This document shows positions 38,014-47,700 of a stretch of 64,000 nucleotides of DNA, in pieces (within the stretch, counting starts at the first letter, position 1; each line of letters begins with the position of its first letter). The stretch is from assembly GCA_002269645.1 (NCBI GenBank), contig NIVC01000296.1:62001-126000 (forward strand), given 5' to 3'. This stretch comes from Macrostomum lignano. Its lineage: Eukaryota. A program made the position numbers and the translations under genes. The notes under the pieces were generated by a model, which searched no databases, was not told the DNA's origin, and saw only the letters and a list, made by a program, of their open reading frames with translations.

Positions 38014-39166
38014 ATGCATCTATTCCTACCTAGCAATGCGTGCGTTGAGCACTATCCTGAGAATAATTCGGCACATTATAGCATTAATTTGCCCGACACC
38101 CTCCACTTTCCGAATCATGAAGTCTGCATCGAACGGATCTACTTTTGTAAAGAATTCAAAACCGTCCCCGATAATCGAATGGTTGATGTCCTGACCAACG
38201 CTCCCGAGGATGAAGTGATTGACATTGAGGTTAGAGAAAAACCCGCCTCCACGTATTAAACAGTTTGCGTCGGTTTCTCTCGCCGCGGGGCTATCAACAG
38301 CCAACGAAGTGGTTGATGCAATCATTGCCGCTCTAAAATATGAGCAAGACGATAATGCGATGATTTGCATTGAGCGTTCACAGGAAGGCCAAATTTCAAT
38401 TGTGAACAAATCATGGTATGGTGCGAACATTAGGCTGTCCAGTAATGTGTGTAGCATGTTTAAAAAGGTTGACGACGCTGGAAATAAATCAAATATCGAA
38501 GTAACGACTTTTTTATTAAACCCAAGAAATTCGTTAGTATTCGCTATAGAATTGGAGTCCTCCTCCATAGAGAGTCCCATGACTCTAACGTTTGAAAAGA
38601 GTGTCTGGCCTTCTAGAACGTCACTGCGGATTGCTAAAAGATTCTACCGCACGCCTGACGAGCTCTTAAATTATGTTAATGGAGCGCTTTGGAGCGTCGT
38701 TTCAAAGCTCCCAATAAGTCCAGCGACGAGAGTGGATGCATTCAGCTACAACCCTTTTCTGAACCGGTGTGAGTGCAAACCCATTGAAAACATTTTATTC
38801 GACATTGGAGAGCTTGCTGCCATTCTCGGCTTTCGCGAAGATGTTTTCAATGAAACTCCAAAGACCGCTAAACGACCAATCGATTTAACAAATGGTGTAC
38901 AAACTATGTACATCTATTCAAATATTGTCGACTCTGCCATTGTTGGAGACGTCAAAGTCCCCCTGCTTGGGGCAATTCCTTTGAATGAAAAGGTATACGG
39001 CGAACGAGAGTACTACGAGTTTGTCAATCCATCCTACTTACCGTTGGTGAAACACCCATTCAAAACCATTGAGGTGCAAATCTGTGACGATATGGGCAAG
39101 TTAATGGATCGGATTCTTCGAGGCAAAACTGTTTTATCGATCAACATTCGTGAAATTAAGCTATAA
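38014..39166 (+). CDS. Minor capsid protein (penton), split by a 1-nt frameshift near 38219-38259
   Basis: N-terminus LFLPSNACVEHYPENNSAHYSINLP and C-terminus IDLTNGVQTMYIYSNIVDSAIVGDVKVPLLGAIP...PSYLPL...TIEVQICDDMG are typical of Polinton penton. The two halves are in different frames. Confidence 0.85.
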
Positions 39167-39210
39167 ATAAAGAAGTTTTCACGAATAAAAGGTAGCAACT
39201 GATCGACAAT

Positions 39211-39579
39211 ATGCCTTCAATCTTGATCGGAGGAGCTTTACCGGTATTTTCCGGTGCACAGCGCGGCAACGGCCTGTTTGGCAGCATTGCCCGATTTGCC
39301 CTGCCAATTTTAAAGAGTTTTGGCAAAAATATTCTTCGCCACGGAACACGAGCCCTAGCTACAACAGTTAACGACACACTCGATCAAGGCGGGAACTTGA
39401 AAGAAGCAGCATTGCGTAACTCTGTCCAGGCAGCTAAAGATGCTTTCAAGGACACTGTCGCACAACGAGGTAGCGGCAGACAAAGACGAAGAAAAATGAC
39501 TAACAAAAAAACGAGAAAAAGACTGCAGCATTCTGATATTTTCGACTCTATAAATAAAAAAACCCGTGTCAATAACTGA
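39211..39579 (+). CDS. Polinton core/cement protein precursor (pVII-like), basic C-terminus
   Basis: 122 aa with LIGG|A, QRGNG and QRGSG glycine motifs, amphipathic LFGSIARFALPILKSFG and Arg/Lys tail; lies directly upstream of the capsid gene. Confidence 0.7.
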   Translation: MPSILIGGALPVFSGAQRGNGLFGSIARFALPILKSFGKNILRHGTRALATTVNDTLDQGGNLKEAALRNSVQAAKDAFKDTVAQRGSGRQRRRKMTNKKTRKRLQHSDIFDSINKKTRVNN

Positions 39580-39622
39580 TCTGTCTATTAGAGCACCACA
39601 CTAAGCCGCTGTTGAAAGAAAA

Positions 39623-40906
39623 ATGACTGAGTGCCTGTGTACAAAGTCGGAATTCGAGCTATTTGCTCCTCGCGCACACCAAATTGCTGCAATTAGCGCT
39701 ACCACTGAAGAAGTTCACCCTGTTGCCAGTGTTGAAAATGCCAGCGTGGTCGAATTTAGGATTGTTGGTGGTGAGACGTTTATCGATCTTAACGACATTG
39801 ACCTCGAGATTAAGGCCCGCGTTAAGCAGTCTAATGGTACAAATCTTGCTGCTGATTCGAATGTTGCGCCGGTCAATTACGTCCTTGAAAGCATGTTTAA
39901 AAACGTCACGTTGACAATCAACGGGACACACGTAGAGTCGAGCAATAACAACCACGCTTACAAAGCCTACATTCGCACGTGTTTGAATTACGGACACGAT
40001 TCAAAAACCAACCAACTGAGAATGATGGGCTACGCAAAGGACGCTGGAGGTCAAATGGCTGTGGTTGGAAATCCTGGCTTTGTAGCCCGCAAGGCGATGG
40101 CAGCAAACTCACGCACCTTTCACCTTTATGGACCTCTTAGTTTAGACTTTTTTGTTACCAACGACCGAATGCTACTGCCATACACTGATATGGTAATTAC
40201 GCTGACCATGCACAATTCCGGCTTCGTTCTGGAAAACCACGCGGACGGGGTTGATGCGCGGCTAGTACTCGAGAGTGCCAAACTACATGTGCGCCGCGTC
40301 AAGGCAAACCCCCAATTGGCATTGGAGATTGAAGAACAACTAGGCAAACAGAATGCAATCTATCCGATTGAGCGACTTGTTGTGCACAATACTTCAGTGG
40401 CTGGCGGTGTTCGGGACATGTCAATCAATAATATATTTCCTGAACAAAAGCCTAAACTAGTGGTTGTTGGCATGGTAAACAGCGGCGCGTACAACGGTGT
40501 GGCTACACATAACCCGTTTAAATTTGAGCCATTTGGGGCAGACAGTGTCGCTCTGTATAAGGACGGAGTCAGTCTGTGTGGACAACCGTTTACTCCTCGA
40601 TTCGGTGTTCATAACTATGCTCGCGAGTATGCCATGCTACTAAAAAGCCTAGGAAAGATGAATCGGGACCTGGATATTGACGTATCATATTCCGACTATG
40701 GAGCTGGCTACTGCTTCTTCGCCTGGAATCTCATGCCCGACATGGAGCTGGGCGGGCATAGCATGCCTCGCGAGCGAGGGAATCTGACGCTACAAATAAA
40801 GTTTTCTGCTGCCTTGGCCGCAGGAATCAACGTGTTGGTGTTTGGCTACTTTGACAATACTGTGCAAATCACTCGCGGTCGTCAGGTTATTATAGACTAC
40901 GTGTAG
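39623..40906 (+). CDS. Major capsid protein (double jelly-roll, hexon-like)
   Basis: Intact 427-aa ORF. CTKSEFELF...HPVASVENASVVEFRI...FIDLNDIDL, LVVVGMVNSGAYNG...NPFKFEPF and YGAGYCFFAWNLMPD match Maverick capsid motifs (F54H12.2-type, from recall). Confidence 0.92.
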   Translation: MTECLCTKSEFELFAPRAHQIAAISATTEEVHPVASVENASVVEFRIVGGETFIDLNDIDLEIKARVKQSNGTNLAADSNVAPVNYVLESMFKNVTLTINGTHVESSNNNHAYKAYIRTCLNYGHDSKTNQLRMMGYAKDAGGQMAVVGNPGFVARKAMAANSRTFHLYGPLSLDFFVTNDRMLLPYTDMVITLTMHNSGFVLENHADGVDARLVLESAKLHVRRVKANPQLALEIEEQLGKQNAIYPIERLVVHNTSVAGGVRDMSINNIFPEQKPKLVVVGMVNSGAYNGVATHNPFKFEPFGADSVALYKDGVSLCGQPFTPRFGVHNYAREYAMLLKSLGKMNRDLDIDVSYSDYGAGYCFFAWNLMPDMELGGHSMPRERGNLTLQIKFSAALAAGINVLVFGYFDNTVQITRGRQVIIDYV

Positions 40907-40954
40907 AAACAAACATCTTTTTTATTCTCGAATAACGGCTATATTCATGCCGAT

Positions 40955-41404
40955 ATGAATAGTCTAGATATATTAGAACGTCTAATACTACCTGTCCCTG
41001 TTCGAGTAACACCAGTTGACAGGATTCCGCAGCCTGTTTATCCTGCTGCATACGTGATTAACTTTGACACTGGCAATCTACCAGGCACTCACTGGGCTTT
41101 AATTTGTCTTCATGCCGATGAGAGCGTGACATTTTTTGACCCCTTGTGTATCGATCCTGTGCCAGATTTATTAAAGTTGTGGATCGCAAAGTATGTCCCT
41201 GTGGAGGTGGCCATGAACCGGCATCCTGTACAGCATCCGCTGAGTGTGACCTGCGGGGCTCATGTAATATTTGTGGCTGAAAAACACTTTCTGGAGGGTC
41301 TGTCAATTGAAAAAATATTGCGCGACTGTTATAGCACAAATCTTTACGAGAACGACTTGATGGTGCAGAATCACTGTCTACAAATAAAGCAGCATCATCC
41401 ATAA
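40955..41404 (+). CDS. Adenain-like cysteine protease
   Basis: 149 aa with catalytic motifs INFDTGNLPGTHW (His), TFFDP (Asp) and QHPLSVTCG (Gln/Cys). Confidence 0.92.
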   Translation: MNSLDILERLILPVPVRVTPVDRIPQPVYPAAYVINFDTGNLPGTHWALICLHADESVTFFDPLCIDPVPDLLKLWIAKYVPVEVAMNRHPVQHPLSVTCGAHVIFVAEKHFLEGLSIEKILRDCYSTNLYENDLMVQNHCLQIKQHHP

Positions 41405-41406
41405 AT

Positions 41407-42056
41407 ATGATTGGGCGGCCTATCAAAATGTATCAAACAATAGACCCCGACTCTTTAAAATTTGCCCCCAAAACGTCGGCAATTTTTGCTGGGGTGGCTC
41501 AAAGCGGCAAGACCACACTTGTGAAAAACCTATTGAGACAAGAATTTTTTCAAGATCCGAAGCCGATTCGTGTAGACTGGTTTGGCCACTATCCGGATCC
41601 TGAACTGTTTGAATTGCCGTACCCTGTAAATTTTCGTTCGTGTACATTTGATCCTGAACAATATGTCCCTGAACCAAATATTCTGCTTGTCGTCGATGAC
41701 CAAATGCATGCCATGGAAAAGAGTGGCGCTTTTACAACTTTTTTCACGCGCAAAGTCTCCCACGTGGGGTTCCGACTTTGGTATCTTGTGCAAAACCTGT
41801 TTGCAAAGGGTAAGGAGCACCGAACTCAGTCGCTCAATTCGAACTACCTTGTTTTATTCCGCAATGTACGGGATGCCAGCACAGTGTCTCATATTGCAAG
41901 GCAGCTGGTCCCCACTAATCCAAAAAGTTTTGTCAAAACGTATGAGGATCTACTCGCGACCCCTACTCATACTTGATTGTAAACTGTTTGCAAAATGCTC
42001 CTGCTCGCTATTATTCAAACGTTTTGGGTCGTCACCCAATTGTGTATGCTAAATAA
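41407..42056 (+). CDS. A32/FtsK-like genome-packaging ATPase; C-terminus frameshifted at a C4 run (41960-41963)
   Basis: Walker A GVAQSGKT, Walker B LLVVDD, plus LVQNLF...SLNSNYLVLFRNVRD. The -1 frame continues PYSYLIVN...VYAK* to 42056, followed by an overlapping AATAAA. Confidence 0.9.
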
Positions 42057-42220
42057 ATATACGTATCAAAGCTCGGCCGGCTTTTTGTGTAAATATATAT
42101 ACGCCTTTTGAAAACTTATTTGGGAGAGGGGGTTGGGGGATGACGTAATTGTCTCGGAGTGTCGACGAGGGCTGAATTCTAGAGAGTGAAGTATGGAAGG
42201 AGTGGATGTAACAGGCTGCA

Positions 42221-42825
42221 GCAGAGGGGTGGACAGCGGCGATTTACTGGCTGACTGACTCATCATGCCTCCGCGTGGGGCCGCCAATTTTGTGGGGGTC
42301 ACAGACAATTCTGTGCGTACACCGATTTTGGGTGTATATATGGACAGTAAATATGGACAATTAATAATATGGACCGTTATGGGGTGGGCGGGCGCTACAA
42401 TTCTGCGCGTACACCAATTTTGGGATGGACAGTAAATATGGATAAGTAATAATATGGACAGTTATGGGGTGGGTGGGCGCTCTAATTCTGCCAATGTTTG
42501 GTATATGGACAGTTAATATGGACAGTTAATTCTGCGCTACACCAATGCTGCATTGTGCGGGGCTGGGGGCGCGCGCGTTTCTGCGTACAACAACTGCGGA
42601 GCGCTAATTATGCGTACTATATTGTACTGGTCGTCGCTTCTGTACGACACAGTGTACACTGATTACATGTATAATTAGATTTACATGAGAGTTACATGCA
42701 TATCTCACATAATGACTCTGGACCAATTAGAATTGGTCTAATGTATTTAGATAGGCGCTGAATTTGCATTGGCTCTGACACCCACCTCACCTCCAAAATC
42801 AACAACTTTCTGCACATTACGTAGT
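42221..42825 (-). repeat. Right terminal inverted repeat of the Polinton
   Basis: Reverse complement of the left TIR, with one extra internal subrepeat unit (CCATATT...GCAGAATT type). Confidence 0.95.
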
Positions 42826-45014
42826 CTTGACAATATACGGGTTTAATTCTACATGTATATCGGCGGTCGCGTGATCAAAGGTCATGATGATGCAATTTTT
42901 CTATGTTATGCAGCGCAGTTAGATAATTGTTACCTGCCAGCTATTCGGGGGTATGATTCTCGTATGGCTTGCCTACAGTTCGCATACACTATATATACTG
43001 AACAGTGATTAAAATGCTAATTTTTCGCCAGGTTGTTCGAAAATTTGTTCTCTTTAACATGATGCAAAGTTTTGAGCTAAATCTATGCAGACATTACATG
43101 GCATACTTATAACTCAGTGAGCACAATGGCACGGTACATGTATTTAGAGTTTTCAAGATTAGCAATTAATTAATATACTATATGTAACCTCATACCCTTC
43201 TGTTTGATTGTCTTTTGCTCTTTTGCTCTCGATCACCTCGTCCAGGAATAAATTATTGAGCTTTTGAGAGACGCTTTTTTGCAACTGAGCAGTCCTATTT
43301 AGGCCAGCACCGACGAGTGTAGCGCCCTCTGTACCTCTATAGCGACATGTACTCTTCTTAGTGGTTCTTTTCATGAATCTAGCATGCTTGCTATATATAT
43401 TTTTCACTAACTGATGGAAAACCCAACTTTTATCCATCACGCATGCTATTAAATTTATAACTGTAATCATCCATCATTATTTTTCTCTTTATCTCAAGGC
43501 GTCCTAGGACACAAAGTTAGCTCTGCGATTCTGTAGTTCCTGGAAGAGGAACTCTCGATTATCTTGGAGCACTGCTATTATAAGTAGACACACTCATGTG
43601 ATATTCACCCCATGGAACTTGTAGTTGTGTAGTTCAGTAGATTGAACATTGAACAGTTCTTATTCTTATTCAAATCTTAGCCGAAAAACACATCGGTCGT
43701 CATAAGTCTCGTTCGTGCATTAAAATCACTCAGCATTTAGTCGCACCATTTTAAGATCGCGTTTTCCACGAAGTTAAGAAATTCGCTGGTCATATTATGT
43801 TTATAAACTGTGTTTTAACATCGCCTGATTGTTTTACTGTACTTACCGACATTGTTTAATCTTGTATTCATGCACAAATTTATTTTTTTTACTATTTATT
43901 ATATTTTAAATTTTGCTCCTAAAAATTCAAATAGCTAAGCAAGCAATTTTGCTAGCTATTCACAATAAAGCAAAAGTATTATATATTTTATTATTATTTA
44001 ATTATTAAATTATTGGTTCATAAAATTTCTCTATTTTTTTTAGGAATGTTTTATGTAGACAGGATATTTTAATGAAAAAAGAATTTGATATTTTTATTAA
44101 GCTAAATAGCCCTATTCCAATTTACCAATAGACAATACAATCAAATGTAATCAGCTATAATGTTATAATAGGGCTCTTGTAGGTATAAAGCATTAAAATT
44201 AATTTTTTAAAGAATACAAAAGAAATAATAAGCAAATAATAAGATCCCTAGACTTATAAGCAAGGATAAGACTAATAAATAACTTTTTCAATAATACTAA
44301 CCTTGTATATAAGCAAGTAGGAGGGCTTCGAGTTCCTGTTGTTTTTTTACAGAGTTTTCGAGATAGTCTAAATTACCCGTCTTTGATTTGTGATTAAATC
44401 CAGCCCCAAGAGTCGGCAATAGAGGAGAGAGAGCTGCGTGGACAGAAGAGATCAGAGGGAAGATAAGAGCAGAGGGGAGAGATAAGAGAGGAGATAAGAG
44501 TATAGGTGAGATCAGAGGTAAAAAGAGGGAAGAGAGAAGAGAGAAGAGGAGAGAAGAGAAGAGAAGAGAGAAGAGAGCTGAGAAGGGAGCTAAGAAGAGA
44601 CACAAACGTTAAGCGGGCCGGATTGCTATTATGAAGTTTCAAAGGACCATCAGACCGGACAGAGAGGCAAAATAATTCTCCAGAAGTGAAGGTACGAGCA
44701 TGAGGATAAGTGGACCACGCTCGTACCCAAATGCAAACAAAAAACCTCAAACCAAGAAAGTACTACGAGCGCAGCATATGGTTCTTGAGCAGATTTTCAT
44801 TGTCAAAATGAACGCGCGATATTGAAACTTAAAAATCTGAAGTTTAAATCTGTAAAAAATAAATCTGCCGACCCTGTCGTCACATTTCCAGGAGGCTTCA
44901 AGTCCTCCAAGATGCAAACGAGACAAGGAGGTGAGAGTGGTGACTTGAAATTTGTCTTACAAAACCCTCATTAAACAGTTGCCGTGCCATTCATCTTGGA
45001 TTCCCTTCAATGCC

Positions 45015-47700
45015 TCACCCCTCATTATCTCACCCCTCACTATCTCAACCCTCATTATCTCACACCCTCATTATCTCACCCCTCACTATCTCACCCCTCA
45101 TTATCTCACACCCTCATTATCTCACCACTCATTATCTCACCCCTCATTATCTCACCCCTCACTATCTCACCCCTCACTATCTCACCCCTCATTATCTGAC
45201 CCCTCACTATCTGACCCCTCATTATCTCACCCCTCACTATCTCACCCCTCATTATCTCACCCCTCATTATCTCACCCCTCACTATCTCACCCCTCATTAT
45301 CTCACCCCTCACTATCTCACCCCTCACTATCTCACCCCTCACTATCTCACCCCTCACTATCTCACCCCTCACTATCTCACCCCTCATTATCTCATTCCTG
45401 ATTATCTCACCCCTCATTATCTCACCCGGCCAGGCGCAGGCGGCCACTCGGATCCAGGCGTTCTACCGCGGCTCGCAGTGCCGCCGGGTGACCCACTGCC
45501 TGACTCGGCAGCGCTTCGACCAGCTGGCAGACGAGCTGGCCGCAGCCGCACGAGGCGAAGTCGGGGAAGAAGATGACGATGAGTCGCAAGGCAGCCCAGC
45601 TTCAGTTGACAAAACTGATGAGGCTGGCGAGCCCAGACTGAGTCACGCCGCAAGCCTGCTCATCATGGTTAAGTGCCTCAACAACTTCTATTTGCCTCAC
45701 GTGGATGGGAATAGAATGGTGAGAACTCGGTTTTCTTGTTCGAAGTTTAAACTGCGGTTTATGCACTATATTTTCCAGAAAAAATTTTTTATGAGATTTA
45801 GTAGATTCTAAAAATCCTAAATTCCTAGAAAATCGTAGTTTTTTTCAGTTTCTAAGATTCCTAAATTTCTAAGAACAAGCAGTTTCTAAGAATCTGCAGT
45901 TTCCCTAATAAAAACAGGCAGTTTCTAAGAATTTGCAGTTTCCCTCAGAACAAGCAGTTTCTAATAATCTGCAGTTTCCCAAAAAACAAGCAGTTTCTAA
46001 GAATCTGCAGTTTCCCTCAGAACAAGCAGTTTCTAATAATCTGCAGTTTCCCAAAAAACAAGCAGTTTCTAAGAATCTGCATTTTCCCTAAGAACAAGCA
46101 GTTTCTAAGAATCTGCAGTTTCCCTAAGAACAAGCAGTTTCTAAGAATCCACAGTTTCCCTAAGAACAAGCAGTTTCAAAGAATCCGCAGTTTCCCTAAA
46201 AGAAGCCAGAAACTCATGAAGTCCCGACTCGACCCGCGCCAGGTCCAGCTGTGCTGGCTTCATCGCCAGCTGCTGCCCCAAGCAGGCGGAGCCATCAGCC
46301 TCGCCAATCCTGATCTGGACACCTTCGCCATGGCGAAGTTCGTCGGCAACGCCATCGTCTGGGCGTCGTCGTTGTCAGCCGAATCGGCTGAATCCGACAC
46401 CGACCAGTTCGCGGCGTCAATCGCTGTTGAAGGCCTAGCAGAGGCGGTTCTAGAAGACGCCTGCCAGCCGGTGCTGCAGTATTTGCTCACTCGAGCCTGC
46501 CACCTTCGCCTCGCCGAGGGTGTCGTTCGGACTGCCGCGGCGGCGACAACGTCGGACGGGGTCGGAGACGAGGTCAGCCGGCAGCGGAGGCCGTTGCGGC
46601 GCCTCCTGCTGCTGCTCCTGACTGGCCGACCGCCGCCGCCTCCGCCGCCTCGACTGCCGGAAGCCACAGCCTGGGGCCCAAATCTGCTGCGCGCCATCCA
46701 CCTGTGCCGGCGCGAGGCGGCCGAATTGGCGCCAGACCGGCGCGCCGCCCTCAGGGCCGGCCTGAGGAGGCTGGCGCCGGCGCCAGCGAGAGCCGTGGCC
46801 GCCATCGCGGCGGCGGCCAAGACGGAGGCCGAGACGGAGACTGTCGATGCGTTTCATCAGCTGGGCAGCCTCTGCTGGTTGGTGAGTGACCAGAGTGAGC
46901 TGTCAATTAGGGACCAAAATTCTGCTTGGAATCTGCTACAACCTCATATGAGATTTCATGTGTGACTCAGCTACATCATGAGATCTCAGGATCAGCTACA
47001 GTCTCCCATGAGATCTCAGAATCAGCTACAGTCTCCCATGAGATCTCAGAATCAGCTACAGTCTCCCATGAGATCTCATAATCAGCTACAGTCTCCCATG
47101 AGATCTCATAATCAGCTACAGTCTCCCATGAGATCTCAAGATCAGCTACAGTCTCCCATGAGATCTCAGGATCAGCTACAGTCTCCCATGAGATCTCAGA
47201 ATCAACTACAATCTCCCATGAGATCTCAGAATCAGCTACAGTCTCCCATGAGATCTCAGGATCAGCTACAGTCTCCCATGAGATCTCAGGATCAGCTACA
47301 GTCTCCTATGAGATCTCAGGATCAGCTACAAACTCCCATGAGATCTCAGGATCAGCTACAGTCTCCCATGAGATCTCAGGATCAGCTACAGTCTCCCATG
47401 AGATCTCAGGATCAGCTATGGCCTCCCATCCCAAGCTTAGCTATAATCTTTCATGAGATCTTAAGTAAGACTCAGCTAGAGGCTCAAAAGAGCTGAGGCA
47501 TGAGTAAGCTACAGCCTCATAAGAGAGGCATGAGAAAGCTACAGTCTCATAAGAGCTGAGGCATGAGAAAGCTACAGTCTCATAAGAGCTGAGGCATGAG
47601 AAAGCTACAGTCTCATTAGAGCTGAGGCGTGAGAAAGCTACAGTCTCATAGGAGCTGAGGCATGAGAAAGCTACAGTCTCATAAGAGCTGAGGCATGAGA
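45015..47700 (+). repeat. Four unrelated intronic minisatellites in the HECT gene (45015-45427, 45870-46200, 46975-47420, 47490-47700)
   Basis: TTATCTCACCCCTCA (15 bp); CAAGCAGTTTCTAAGAATCTGCAGTTTCCC; ATGAGATCTCAGGATCAGCTACAGTCTCCC (30 bp); GAGGCATGAGAAAGCTACAGTCTCATAAGAGCT (33 bp). Confidence 0.9.

Larger units (their letters stand above)
33034..42825 (+). mobile_element. Polinton/Maverick (adintovirus-like) endogenous element, 9,792 bp, capsid-encoding but lacking pPolB
   Basis: 6-bp direct repeat CTTGAC at 33028-33033 and 42826-42831; long TIRs starting ACTACGTA; internal + strand ORFs with integrase DDE, penton, double-jelly-roll capsid, adenain and A32-like ATPase motifs. Confidence 0.96.

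Noticed and set aside
38230-38250. Programmed ribosomal frameshift at GAAAAAC in the penton gene
   Set aside because: The required shift is +1, not -1, the heptamer is not a canonical slippery site, and homopolymer indel error is common in this assembly.
38026-38580. Antisense ORFs within the Polinton (also 33768-34157, 34693-35046, 36632-36937, 41530-41820)
   Set aside because: Opposite-strand shadows of recognisable viral genes or of the promoter repeats, with no motifs.
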